A stretch of 64,000 nt of DNA from Octopus vulgaris (GCA_951406725.2 OX597822.1:64170001-64234000); one strand, 5' to 3'; positions 25,396 to 39,136 are shown, counted from the stretch's first letter. Numbers and translations: made by a program. Notes: generated by a model not told the origin, from the letters alone.

Positions 25396-25452
<57 letters not shown>

Positions 25453-25549
25453 ATTTGTGTGTGAAAGCTCCCCTCCTCTTATCATCCTCTCACAATACAG
25501 TGAAGCCGATTCCGAGAGAGAAGAACCAGCATCAATACTTCTCTCTCTC

Positions 25550-25603
<54 letters not shown>

Positions 25604-25604
25604 C

Positions 25605-25815
25605 AGTTAATCCAAACATGAAAACACAAAGAGAAAACACAACCACGCGAGTACGTGAAACAAGTATAGTGTTATTGGACGCTCAGGAAAGGAAACAAAG
25701 AAGGAGGAATTAACGTTTCGAGCGGAGCTCTTCGTCAGAAAGATAGGAGAAGGAAAGATCCAAGGAAGGGAAGACGGAGGAAAAAAATCGCCAACGATAC
25801 ACCCGCGATCACATA
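25605..25815 (-). mobile_element. ~210-bp (TA)n-flanked element with minimal hammerhead (25709-25742)
   Basis: Minus TT-CTGACGA-A-GAGC-TCC-GCTC-GAAA-CG-TT-AA. Sister copy at 53290-53488. Confidence 0.75.
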
Positions 25816-25978
25816 TATATGTGTGTGTGTATACATGTGTGTGTGTATGCATATATATAGAGGGAGAGAGGGAGGGAGAGAGAGAAAGAGAGAGAGAAAA
25901 GCTGAAAATATTCAGAAGATGAAGACTCGTGTATAAACATATAGACGTTTATAGATTTACAGAACAGATTTACAAGTA

Positions 25979-26398
25979 CGTTATTTACATTACTTACATT
26001 TGACGGATATTTGTCTTCATCTTGTTTGTTCTTAGCACAACTTTTCGGCTGATATGCCCTCCAGCCTTCATCAAGTGTCTCGGGGAAATTTCGAACATGG
26101 GTTCTTATTCCTAAGGTATTTTTTGATATTATTATTATTATTGTTATTATTATTGAGTGAGAGAGCAGTTCATGCCATCAAAGTGACACTGGGGTTAAAT
26201 ATACGAAGCCCAATATACCCATCATGACTACCCGTCTGATAAAGGTACACCAGGCACATGCATCACAACCATATGTGAGCGACATGGTGATCTCATATCA
26301 AGATAAACAGCACATGACCTTGCAGGTGGGGCCCAGTTAGAATTTTCTTCAGGTTGAGTAGCCCATCCCGCTCAAACGGTCCCTGAATAAGATCAGAA

Positions 26399-26451
<53 letters not shown>

Positions 26452-26462
26452 CATCATTATTA

Positions 26463-26542
<80 letters not shown>

Positions 26543-27110
26543 GAGTGAGAGAGCAGTGCATGCCATCAAAGTGACACTGGGGTAAAATATACGAAGCCCA
26601 GTATACCCATCATGGCTACCCGTCTGATAAGGGTACACCAGGTATATGCATCACAACCATATGTGCGCAACATGATGATCTCATATCAAAATAAACAGCA
26701 CATGACCTTACAGGTGGGGCCCAGTTAGAATTTTCTCCTGGTCGAGTAGCCCATCCCGCTCAAAAGGTCACTGAATAAGGATTGTTTAAGGATGTTGAAC
26801 GAACCACCCATGTTTCCAAAGGTGAATTATCCAAACCTCTAAGAATTCCTTTCAACACACGGCTATGATGCTCCGCCACTACTTCTGCTCGTGGTCAGAG
26901 ATGCACATAACGTCAGCCACTAAGGGACATGGTCAACTGGTTAAAGTCAAACAACTGATAAGCAAATCTGTGGTATTGAGCAGAATATTTGCTGTAGCCC
27001 ATCTTTTATACCAAGACAAAACAATGTACATGATAACACTTCCAATCAGTTAAGATCAGAAGCCATGAGAACCACTGTCTGGTACTGCATCACGGCATCT
27101 ATTATTATTA

Positions 27111-27162
<52 letters not shown>

Positions 27163-27173
27163 CATTAATATTA

Positions 27174-27211
<38 letters not shown>

Positions 27212-27246
27212 CATTATTATTATTATCATTATTATTATTATCATTA

Positions 27247-27321
<75 letters not shown>

Positions 27322-27398
27322 TCACTGCTTGGAATCGAACTCGGAATCTTGGGGTTAGTAGCCTGCACTCTTAACCACTACGCCATATGTGCGTATAG
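25979..27398 (-). mobile_element. Composite tRNA-head/(AAT)n/hammerhead element, copy 2, with nested insertions
   Basis: Head 27318-27388, decayed HHR 26035-26079 (TTGATGA...GAAAAGTT), possible TSD ACAAGTA at 25972-25978 and 27399-27405. Confidence 0.75.
26155..27098. mobile_element. (AAT)n-embedded non-coding element, 1.5 tandem copies (26155-26392, 26543-27098)
   Basis: Both copies begin GAGTGAGAGAGCAGT directly after (ATT)n and are near-identical over ~235 bp. Confidence 0.75.
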
Positions 27399-27886
27399 AC
27401 AAGTAGTATTAAAAAAAAAAATTGCAATACATACCAATGCATACATCTAAAGCAAAACTTTTTTGGGGGTCCTTAAAATACTCTTGTGGACAATTCATTA
27501 TTTTGTAGTGTGGACCCCAAAAATCTCAGGGGCCATATTCTTCATAAAAGAAGAATAAGAAAAGAAACAAAAATTAAATTCTAAACTCTTAGTTTCCGGC
27601 GTAACTCTTTAGGGCACATCCGCCTGTGTTAGATTTCCCACTCTTCTTCATTTTTGCATCTCTTGTCCCTTGTTTACACATTCTAAGGCAGCGTTTCTCA
27701 ACCGAAGTTCCCCGGAACCCTAGGGTTCCGTGAAAGAGGTTCCGCAAGAATGAGTGAGACAAGCTAATGCTAATTTCATGATTGTAATATTACTTTACAT
27801 GCACAACACATTATTGGTTATTGTAATATTTGTAATATAGACATCATCCTATCTAACCTATTACGTTATCAAAAAGATATAGCAAC

Positions 27887-27932
<46 letters not shown>

Positions 27933-28494
27933 ACTTTGATAACTGGCTTTGCAAGCAGAGTTGGTACGGAAACAATTGTATCGAGTCATTAAAATTGTAT
28001 TAAAGTATTTCTTTGTTTTCTTATTCGGGTTGAAACGTATAGAAGAAGTAGAGAATATATATATATAATAAAAATATGTTTCAGAAAGAAAATAGAAACT
28101 ATACATGGAAAATATATGGGGAAAGTAAGAAGAAAAAAAGCGAAAATGCACATTGAATATCGAAAAAAAAAATAAAGGCGTTTTTATGAAAAGTAGCGAT
28201 AAATAAATGCCATTTGATGAATTGAGGTAGAATTAAGAGGAATTAAATTCATTATTTTGAATTGTTAAAGAGATTCAAAGTCAAACCGGCATCATCATTG
28301 CTGTTCACTGGCTTTGAATGCGCACCGATTATCAAACGGTGTCTGGTCTACTAGTACCTGAGTAAAAAGTTGTGTAAGGGAGGTAAGTAGTTCTGGAGTG
28401 GTGCAATTAGGGTTGATATAATACTGTAAAATGAATGGTATAAGGAATGTATGTGCGTTAGTGGTATTATTGGTAAAGTTAGTAGTGTTCTGTA

Positions 28495-28995
28495 TTATGT
28501 TGTGTTCATGTTCAGTTGTGGATGATATTTATTGATGAAAGTTGCTTCTTTATTCATTCTTTGCTGTACTGAGGTTTTCTGTGAACATTGATAGAAGGGG
28601 AAAATTAGGAAATTAGGATTAAGGTTCCTAGCACACATATCTATGCGTTCACTGACCTATATCTGTCTGTACTGTGGGTGGAGGATTTGTTCTCTGTGAA
28701 GGGTGGTTCTTCGACGGAGTGGTATTCCTGTTTGGCCAATATATTGATTACCGCATCCTAAGCAGGTAATGGCATGGATTAGGTTTTCCGAGGCACAGGT
28801 GAAATTTGATTTAATCTTAAATATTTTACCTTGTTGAAAGTGGAACTCTGTACCCTCCAAAATGTGGGGCATGTGCCACAGTTAGGCCGACCGCATTTTT
28901 TTACTTTTGGTTCCGTTGTTAATGAATAATGTCATGCGTTGGTTAATATTTTTTTCAATGATTTCGGCTGCATTTTGTGTGAGCCTAAAATTTTG
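28495..28995 (-). pseudogene. Penelope-like element GIY-YIG endonuclease with upstream Cys-rich linker (Neptune-type), in-frame stops
   Basis: QPKSLKKILTNA*...KKCGRPNCGTCPHI...FTCASENLIHAITCLGCGNQYIGQTG..LRRRTTLHR...RQI*VSERIDMC...RMNKEATFINKYHPQLN. Confidence 0.88.
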
Positions 28996-29076
28996 TTCAT
29001 TGTTTTATCTCCTGTGAGAACGAGTAAATTTTGGATGAAAGACGGAAGATGGAATGTACGAGAATTTTTATTATTA

Positions 29077-29179
29077 ATCCCGATTGTTTCGACATATCTA
29101 GTATAGATCCCTCACGGGTGGGACACTTAACAACTGGTTCAGAAGCATCCGGTGGTGCAGATGTGTCTCATCGGGTGAT
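29077..29179 (-). ncRNA. Degenerate hammerhead with long stem II, upstream of the GIY-YIG fragment
   Basis: ATCAC-CCGATGA-GACACATCT...AGATATGTC-GAAA-CAA-TC-GGGAT. Confidence 0.55.
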
Positions 29180-29364
29180 AAATAGATACAACCCGTTAAA
29201 ATAACAGTTCTGGAATGTATCTTCTCATTTCGAAGAAAGAAAAGCAGCAAAACGAAAGAAATATCTTCATTTATATAAAAGATCAAAAATAAAATCACAT
29301 GCAAAAATGAAACAAACATGCAATACAGCGAGAAAAGTATTAAAAATAACCATTAACAGATATG

Positions 29365-29691
29365 GTCGGCCCGAGGCTATAGTAGGACTGAACCCGGAAC
29401 CATGTGGTTGGGAAGCAAGCTTCTAACCACATATATATTCTTTTATTCCTTTACTCTTTTACTAGTTACAGTCACTTGATTGCGGCGATGCTGGAGCACC
29501 GCCTATAGTTGAACAAATCGACCCCCAGAACTTATTCTCTGTAAGCCTAGTACTTATTCTATCGGTCCCTTTTGCCGAACCGCTAAGTTGTGGGGACGTA
29601 AACACCCCAAGATCGGTTGGGAGAAAAAGTGGGGGACAAACGCAGATACACAAATGCATACATACATTTGTACATACATACACACACACTC

Positions 29692-29761
<70 letters not shown>

Positions 29762-30000
29762 GACTTGCTTCTTTCAGTTTCCGGCTACCAAATCTACTCA
29801 CAGGCTCTGTGTGTGTGTGTTTCTGTGTTTGTATCCCACCATCGCTTGACAACTGGAGTTGATGTGTTTACGTCCCGCTAACCTAGCGGTTCGGCAAAAG
29901 AGATTGATAGAATAAGTACTGGGGTCGATTCATTCAAAAAATTTCCAAGGCGGTGCCCCAGCATGGACTCACTCTAATGACTGAAACAAGTAAAACATAA
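29365..30000. mobile_element. Rearranged SINE family A pieces (minus 29365-29805, plus tail 29815-30000)
   Basis: Two family A tails in opposite orientation. Confidence 0.8.
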
Positions 30001-30057
30001 AGGATAAAATTTACTAATATACTTTTCAATTATCCTCCTGCCCCGCCAGCTGTTGCT

Positions 30058-30103
<46 letters not shown>

Positions 30104-30521
30104 CAGCAGCAGTAGTGGTGGTGGTGGTGGTGGTGATGATAATGATAGTATAGTGGTGTTGTTGTTGTTGGTGGTGGTGGCGGTGTTGGTGATGGTGATA
30201 GTAGTGGTAGTAGTAGTAGTGGTGGTGGTGGTAGTAGTAGTGGGGGTCATGTTGTTGTTGTTGTTGTTCTTCTTCTTCTTCTTCTTCTTCTTCGTCTTCT
30301 CTATCTGCTCCTCCTCTTCCGCCCCCACCTTGTTTCGTTATCTTTATCTCTTCAAAGAAGATAATGAACATTGAGGTGTCTGATAATGTTAGATGTCTGT
30401 GCGTCTCGTTATACATACATGCACAAACATACATACATACATACATACATACATACATACATACATACACACAAACACACACTACATATACATATATATA
30501 TATACACACATATTTGTATAG

Positions 30522-30562
<41 letters not shown>

Positions 30563-31423
30563 CACAGTCATACACATATATATATATATATACACGTATG
30601 ACGACTGTGTGTAGGAGGGAAGTTGAGACATATGGAAGAGTTTATTTACAAGGGGGAGGGTTGAAGAGGGGTAGATAGGAGGAGGGCAGTTTCGTATGGA
30701 CATATTTTGTATGTTTGGGGGTGGATATTTGAATAGACGCTGAGTGTTCGCGGCGGGGTGAAGGCATACTCGTGCGCATTTCCTTTTGTATGTATGGTTT
30801 TAATTTTTGTTGTTGTTGTTGTTGTTGTTGCTGCATCTGCTGTTGTTGTTGTTGATGTTGTTGTTGTTTACCGATTCTTGTCTGCTGTGGTGTGCGCACG
30901 ATTCTGTTTCTGAAGGATTTGGGTAAAACACCAGATGCAAAAAAAAAAAAAAATAGTTGTTAAGAAGAGGTGGGGTAGAAAGTCGGAATTAGAAGAGGTG
31001 GGGTAGAAAGTCGGAATTAGAAGAGGACACGGGACTGAGCGGGATGTGGGGTTGGGGTGATGGTGCTTTGAGGGGGGTTGGGAAGACAGAGATGACATGG
31101 AATAGGGAGAGGTTGTGAGGGATGGGAACTCGTAGATACATACATACATATGTATGTATGTATGTATGTATGTAAATGTATGCAAGCATAAACACATTCA
31201 CCCACGCAAACATATATGTGCATATATACCTACCCAGTTAACACCCCAACATACATACATGCACACTTATATGCACACACACATACATACATACATGCAT
31301 ACATGCATACAAATGTATATATATGTATATATATATATATATATATATGAATGTATGTATGTATGTGTGTGTATATATATATATATATTTATGAATGTAT
31401 GTATGTGTATATATATATATCTT

Positions 31424-31488
<65 letters not shown>

Positions 31489-31605
31489 GTTTGTATGTCC
31501 ATATATATATCCATATATGTATATGTGTCTATATGTATGTATGTATATATATATATCTTCTCATAAACACCATACGCACATATCTATGTGTGTGTGTGTG
31601 TGTGT

Positions 31606-31641
<36 letters not shown>

Positions 31642-31869
31642 GTTTGTGTGTGTGTTTGTGCTGCATAAAAAGGCAAAAAAAGGGAGTGAAAGAGGAAGTA
31701 AAACAGAAATAATGATGAGAACGAAAAGGTGTATCGATGAAAGCAAAGAAGAAGAAAGAACGAGAGAGAAAAGTTGGAAGGAAAGAGAAAAGAAACGAGA
31801 AAACATGAAAAGCATAGGGAACATGAAAAATACCAGTTAATGATAAAACGCCACATCGTAAGACAAAAA

Positions 31870-31921
31870 TGAAAAGAGACGATGATGAAGAAGATGCAGT
31901 AGTAGTAGTAGTAGTAGTAGA

Positions 31922-31965
<44 letters not shown>

Positions 31966-31987
31966 CAGCAGCAGTAGTAGTAGTAGC

Positions 31988-32035
<48 letters not shown>

Positions 32036-32510
32036 TATGGTGGTGGTTGTGGTAGCCGTAGAAGTAGTAGGTGGTGATGTTGGTGGAGAAAAAATAAGAG
32101 GAATAGATGATGATGATGATGATGATGATGAAGAAAATGAAGAAGCAGCAGAAGAAAAGGAAAAGGAAGAAGAAGAAGAAAGTGAAGTAGAAGAAAATGA
32201 AGGAAAAAAGAAGAAAATGAAAGAAAAGAAGAAGAAGAAGAAGAAGAAGAAGAAGAAGAAGAAGAAGGAGGAGGAGGAAAAGAAGAAGGAGAAGGAAATG
32301 AAGAAAATGAAGAAACAGCAGAAGAAAATGAAAAGGAAGAAGAAGAAAATGAAGAAATAGAAGAAAATGAAGGAAAAAAGAAAAAGAAGAAGCAGAAGAA
32401 AATGAAGGAAAACAGAAAATGAAGAAAAAGAAGGAGGAGAAGAAGAAGAAGAAGAAGAAGAAGAAGAAGAAGAAGAAGAAGAAGAAGAAGAAGAAGAAGA
32501 AGATGAGAAC
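31870..32510. repeat. Purine-rich trinucleotide mosaic (GTA)n/(GAT)n/(GAA)n
   Basis: Read directly from the sequence. Confidence 0.95.
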
Positions 32511-34016
32511 TAGGCGAAAAAACAAAAAGAAATCTAAAACAAAAGCGAAGCGAACATCCTCGACCAAAAATTCGAAAGATGCTGAATAAAAAAAAAAAGA
32601 ACCCCAAAACCAAAGGAAATTGCTGTCTGTACACTTTAAAAGGAAGATGTATTTAAATTGCCAAAGATAGACATATCGCGATCGGTTTGTATTGTCACTG
32701 TTTTTGGCTAGACTTCTGTGCCGAATGCATTTCTTACCCCTCCAGCCCTTGTCTTCTGAGTGACGTCGCTAACACCTTCTCGACTAACACCCCTACTTAA
32801 CTTTATTTTTTTCTTCATCTATACTTTGTTTAGCTTCTACCATCCATCTCTCCATCCATCCATAGCACAGCCGTGTATAAACTCGTTCGTTCAGGAGACT
32901 CGAACTTACAAACCTTGTTCTCATCCATCATAACTGTTTAGTTCTGGAGAATTTCATTGGTGACACTTACCATACCAGCGTTCGCCTTAACTACACTCAC
33001 CTTTCACTTCTATCCAGCAGTTTGCCTCGCTTTTCATGAGGTATGCATGCAATGTATGTATGTATGTATGTATGTATGTATGTATGTATGTATGTATGTA
33101 TGTATGTATGTATGTATGTATGTATGTATGTGTGTGTATGTATGTATGCACGCATGAATGTATGTGTGTATGCATGTATGCATGTATATACGCACGTATG
33201 TATGTATGCACGTATGTATGTATGTATGTATGTATGTATGTATGTATGTATGTATGAATGTATGTATGTATGCACGCATGTATGTATGTGTGTATGCATG
33301 CATGCATGTATGTATGCACGTATGTATGCATGTATGCACGAATGTATGCATGTATGTATGCACGTATGTATGCATGTATGCACGTATGTATGTATGTATG
33401 TATGTATGCACGTATGTATTTGTGTATGTATGTATGCACGTATGTATACATGTACGCATGTATAATTATGTATGTGTGTATAAGTATGTTCGCGTGCATA
33501 TCTCATATATGTATGCAGTTAATACACACACACATACGCGCGCGCACTTATTTAAAAACACACACACACACACACACATACGCATAAAGGCAGACCCACA
33601 CATGGATGCATATAGGCACAACCAAAAACATACGCACACATACACTCGTGCGCATGCGTGTGTGAATATGTTTTTCTGTATGTATATATTTTTGTGTTCG
33701 AATGCCAAAAAATGCATATACGTATGTTTTTTAATGTATGTGTGCAAACATGTATGCACGCATACATGTTTCTGTGTATAGTTCTACATAAATATACATG
33801 TATGGACGTACGTTTGTTTGTTATTATATAATATATGCATGTATGTATATGTGTGCGTGTATGTACGTACATACGTACGTACGTACGTACATATACGTAT
33901 GTACGTACACATGTATGTATATAGATATGTAAGTATAACTAATTTCTTCCCTGGTGAGTTGCTTATGCACTGAAGTAAACGTAAACACAAATACACACTT
34001 AAACGCATAAGCATAC

Positions 34017-34079
<63 letters not shown>

Positions 34080-34471
34080 TCTTGGATAGTGTGTTCAGCG
34101 ATGTGGAAAATATATTGCAAACAAATCTGTCAGAATAGGCTTGATTCGAAATCCAGTTGATTTGCCAATCTTAGAATTTACGGGCCTTCTTTATTTCGTC
34201 CTCATCCTTTAAAAAGGGAGCAGCTGTTAGGGGCGAGATTGTACCTTTTTTTTGTTTTTTTGTTTTTGCTAAACCTATCTATATACGTTTTTATTTTTTG
34301 CTCTTCGTTTTGGTCGGACGAGAGGCGCCAATACAAATCTGTCTGTCCGTCTGTCCGTCTCCGCGTAATATTCTTTTAATATTTTGTGTCAAATAGAAAC
34401 GAAAATATAATAGAATAGAAATATTTTTTCTTAAAAATTTTTGTTGTTGCATGTTACATTTTTTAGGTGAT

Positions 34472-34513
<42 letters not shown>

Positions 34514-34532
34514 TTACGCTCGCGCAAATGCG

Positions 34533-34564
<32 letters not shown>

Positions 34565-34689
34565 TGCCTGTATATGTGCAAATTATATGAATGATTATAT
34601 ACATGCATACATACATACACACACGCGTATATATTTGTATATATATGTATGTAGATATATGTATATGTATACGCACACACACACACATA

Positions 34690-35273
34690 AGCGCAGGCGT
34701 GGCTGTGTAGTGGTACGTAGTTTGCTTATCAACCACATAGTTCAGGGTTCAGGGTTCAGTCCCACTGCGTGGCACCTTGGGTAAGTGCCTTCTACTATAG
34801 CCTCGGGCCGACCAAAGTGTTGTGAATGGATTTGGTAGACGGAAACTGAAAGAAGTTCGTCGTGTATATATATATACATATATATATATAAACATTACGT
34901 TATATAATTAGGGTTCAGTAAAATAATTTACTTTACCACACACCGAACTTTTAGAAATTGCAGCCAAAAAATCTTAGCTTTTACCTCTACTATAAGAAAA
35001 GTCTCCCATACAATATATACTCAAAAATAATTCACGCAGGTATAGAGGGAAAAATAACAAAAGATCACACGTACATCGATCACTTGAGAACGCCGTTTCT
35101 GGATTAGTTGGATATAGAGATCAACATTTCCGTCATCAGCTCAAGATTTTTCTTTAGATTTGGATTTAAATATAGCGTAAATGGTCTTTTTACATACTGA
35201 ACACTATTTGGTAAAATTAATTAATAATCAATTAATTTTACCCTCTTATTATTGACTATATATATATAATGTG

Positions 35274-35336
<63 letters not shown>

Positions 35337-35545
35337 GTGTGTGCTTGTGTATGTTTGTGTCTCTCTATTCATCCCCCCACCATCGCTTGACAACCGATGC
35401 TGGTGTGTTTACGTCCCCGTAAACGTAGCGGTTCGGCTAAAGATAAAATAAGTACTAGTCTTACAAAGAATAAGCCTTTGGGTTGATTTATTCGACGAAA
35501 GGCGGTGCTCCAGCATGGTCGCAGTCAAATGACAAACAAGTAAAA

Positions 35546-35548
<3 letters not shown>
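34690..35548 (+). mobile_element. SINE family A split by a hammerhead element in its internal (TA)n
   Basis: Head 34690-34863, tail 35350-35548, insert 34895-35256. Confidence 0.85.
35083..35145 (-). ncRNA. Type I hammerhead ribozyme
   Basis: CTTGAG-CTGATGA-C-GGA..GTTG(loop)CAAC..TCC-A-GAAA-CGGCG-TT-CTCAAG, with a 6-bp stem I. Confidence 0.8.
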
Positions 35549-35592
<44 letters not shown>

Positions 35593-35630
35593 CATACATA
35601 CATATGCGTATATATACATATGCTCACGCA

Positions 35631-35705
<75 letters not shown>

Positions 35706-36181
35706 ATGTCTGTGTGCGTGCGTGCGCGTAGCAGTTGAACAAAAAAGAAAAAGAATAACACCTGAACATAATCGGAAAAAAAATGACAGACCAGTAAAGA
35801 ATGCGAACGTTCAGTCTTCAATTCACTGACGATTACAAGCAGCAAATTCTTCAGTAAATGTTTTGGTATACAAAAATGTTTTCGTATACAAAAATAGTAA
35901 AACAAACAAAAAAAACAGATAAAAAAAAACAAGCAAACAAACATATAAATACACAAATATATGAACGTCGGAATTTCAAATTCTCCCTCCACAACGTTTA
36001 GCTTATAAAAATCGCGTAAGGAAAGTGTCCTGTCTTGAGATATTTTTGCCAATGGGATGTCTTTTAACAGCAAATACAGATATATCAAATATTATACATT
36101 TCCCTTCCGCAGTATTTTGTTTAATTTATGCAAAACAATTGGGCAATAAGTACTGTCTACTTTTTCTGTATATTTCTATGT

Positions 36182-36561
36182 GTGGAGGCGGAATGGCCCA
36201 GTGGTTAGGGTAGCGGACTCGCGGTCGAAGGATCGAGGTTTCGATTCCCAGACTGGGCGTTGTGTGTTTATTGAGCGAAAACACCTAAAGCTCCACGACG
36301 CTCCGGCAGGGGGTGGGGACGAACCCTGCTCTACTCTTTCACCGCAACTTTCTCTCATTCTTTCTTCCTGTTTCTGTTCTACCTGTATTTCAAAGGGCCA
36401 GCCCTTATCACACACTGTGTCACGCTGAATCTTCCCGAGAACTACGTTAAGAGTACACGTGTCTGAGGTGTGCTCAGCCACTTGCGCGTTAATTTCACGA
36501 GCAGGCTGTTCCGTTGATCAGATCAACTGGAACCCTCGTCGTCGGAATCGACGGAGTGCCA
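36182..36561 (+). mobile_element. tRNA-derived SINE family D, full length
   Basis: TGGCCCAGTGGTTAGGG (A box), GGTTTCGATTCCC (B box), tail ...GACGGAGTGCCA. Other copies at 53600-53981 and 63790-64000. Confidence 0.9.
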
Positions 36562-36654
36562 CGATGTGTTTATGTCTTTTGGTTGCTGGATAATTATTGT
36601 TCTGATGAAGCCTATTGAAGCAGGAACACGTTCATGATTGCCCCTTTTCTCCAA

Positions 36655-37720
36655 TCAGTAAGACAATAAGCGTTACGGGATTTCTTTGGCTGCTTATGTT
36701 CTGTGTTCAAACCCTGTTAAGTTCAGCTTCGCCTTTCATCACTCTGGGGGTTAATAAATTAAAATATTAGTTAAGTAATGAGTCATTGGTAGCCATTAAT
36801 TTCCTACCAGCCAAAATGGCTGGCCTTGTGCCTTGATAATAATAATCCTTTCTACTAAAGGGATAAAGCCAGAAATTTGGCGGGAGGGGACTAGTCGATT
36901 ACATCGACCCAGTGTTTCACCGGTACTTAATTTATCGACCCCGAAAGGATGAAATATAAAGTCGACCTCGGTGGAATTTGAACTCAGAACGTAGCGACGG
37001 GCGAAATACCGTTAAGTATTTCGTCCAGCGCACTAACCAATCTGCCAAATCCTTTTTAGTACTCAACTGGTACTTATTTTATTGAGCCCAAAAGGATGAA
37101 AGCAAAGTCGGCTTCGGCGGCATTTCAATTCAGAGTGCAAAGACGGACCAAATTTCGCTAAGCATTTAATCCAGGATGCTAACGATTCTGCGAGCTTGCC
37201 GCCTTGTACGAATTAAATTCAAATTTTGGCACAATTTCACCAATTTAGTGGGAGGGAGCTAATCGATGACATCGAGCCCAGTGCTCCGCTGGTACTTATT
37301 TCATCGACCCCAATAGGATAAAAGGCAAAGTCAACCTGGGCGGAATTTGAACGCAGAAGGTAAAGATGAACAAAATGCCGCGAAGCATTTTGTCCGGCGT
37401 GCTATGACCTTATAGGCTATTGAAGAAGACACTCGCTCATGGAGTCAAGCAGTGGGACTGAACCCAGAACCATAGCTGAAAGAATTATTAGATCTTTAAT
37501 TAAGGCGGCGAGCTGGCAGAATCATTAGCACGCCCGAGAAAAATGCTTTCCATCATTTCTTCCAGTTTTACGTTTTGAGTTCAAATTCCGCCGAGATCAA
37601 CTTTGGTTTGAATTTTTGCGGGGTGAGTAAAATAAGTACTAGCTGAGCTTTTAGGTCGATCTCATCGACTTACCTGACCATCCCCGAAAGTAATTCAGAC
37701 CTTACGCTTATTGTGCGAAG
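36655..37720. mobile_element. Pile-up of about five SINE family B copies in both orientations
   Basis: Bodies at 36655-36835(+), 36845-37050(-), 37060-37205(-), 37220-37405(-) and 37502-37720(+). Confidence 0.8.
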
Positions 37721-38474
37721 AATTACTAAATCTTTACTTCAATTCATCTTTCTTTACCCGTCACCCTTTTCATCAAAATCCCCGTTTTCCATAACTTCTG
37801 AAAGCCTTATTTGTTTTCTTAAAGCCTGATCCAATACCAACACCACAACCACCACCATTATCGACATCATCGCCACCACCTTCACTACCATCATCACTAC
37901 GACGGCGACAACGACGACAACCACCACCACCACCACCACTACCACCACCACCACAACCACCAAAAGCAGCAGAGAACTCCAACCACCGCCCAAACCAGTC
38001 AGAGAACTCCTGACACGACCATCACCACAATCACAATGTTTTACAGCACATCACCATCATCGCCATCAAAATTACCGCCGCCGCTGCCACCACCACTGCT
38101 ACCGCACTGCACTACCACCACCACCACTTCAACTACTGCCAGCACTGCCATTCGGATATTATGTTACCACCAACCATTACGGCCGACACTATCACCATAT
38201 TTGTCGCTTACACAACGCTGTTCTCCTCTTCCCTTGGTATCAGTCACACTCACTATACCACCACATTTCCCTCACACTAACACTCTTGCATCCTTCTCAT
38301 TTTATCAGAAAATAGCCCCACCCCACCCCAAGGGGCCCGTTATAGATTTTTATTGAAATCCAATTGAATTGAATGTTAGGTTAACATATATGCAAAGTTT
38401 CGTGAAGATTGGTTCACTGGTGTAGGGAGCAAAATGGTAACAGACAGATCGACTGGCAGAAATTGCCATTTATG

Positions 38475-38536
<62 letters not shown>

Positions 38537-38539
<3 letters not shown>

Positions 38540-38915
38540 CGTGATTGTGTGGTAAGAAGCAGGCTTCCCAACCACATGGCTCCAAGATCAGACCCACTAT
38601 GTGGCACCATGGACAAACGACTTCTACTATAGCTTAGGGCTGAGCCTTGTGAGTGGATTTGGTAGAAGCCCGTCGTATATATGGATATATTTATGTGTGT
38701 GCGTCTGTGTCTATGTTTGTCCCCCCCATCCCATCGCTTGACAACCGATGTTGGTGTGTTTGCATCCCCGAAACTTAGCGGTTCGGTAAAAGAGTCCGAT
38801 AGAATAAGTACCAAGCTTAAAAAATAAGTTTTGTGGTCGATTCATTCGACTAAAAATTGAAGGCGGTGCCCCAATATGGCCGTAGTCAAATAACTGAAAC
38901 GGGTAAAAGCGAAAA
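38537..38915 (+). mobile_element. SINE family A, diverged full-length copy
   Basis: Head and tail motifs present. Confidence 0.85.
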
Positions 38916-39001
38916 GATTATATATATATATATACTTACATATAAGAGACCAAAGCGTACGTACACTGCTCCTTTTTTCGCTCCTTGCTTTTTTCTGTGT
39001 A

Positions 39002-39039
39002 TCTTTCTGTCGAAGAGCGTAGGCTCGAAACGTAAAAGA
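39002..39039 (+). ncRNA. Minimal hammerhead-like motif (CUGUCGA core) in a (TA)n-flanked element (38940-39136)
   Basis: TCTTT-CTGTCGA-A-GAGC-GTAG-GCTC-GAAA-CG-TA-AAAGA. Confidence 0.65.
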
Positions 39040-39136
39040 CTTTTTCTATTTCTATTCCTGAGCGCTATACTAATACATTTGTTTGTTTGTACTCCACCTG
39101 CCTTCGCCTTTTGTTTATTTTCGTAAACCTTCCCGT

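Noticed and set aside
32720-33040. Cluster of minus-strand donor-like motifs (GTGAGT, GTAAGT x2, GTAAGA)
   Set aside because: No matching strong acceptors or convincing reading frame.
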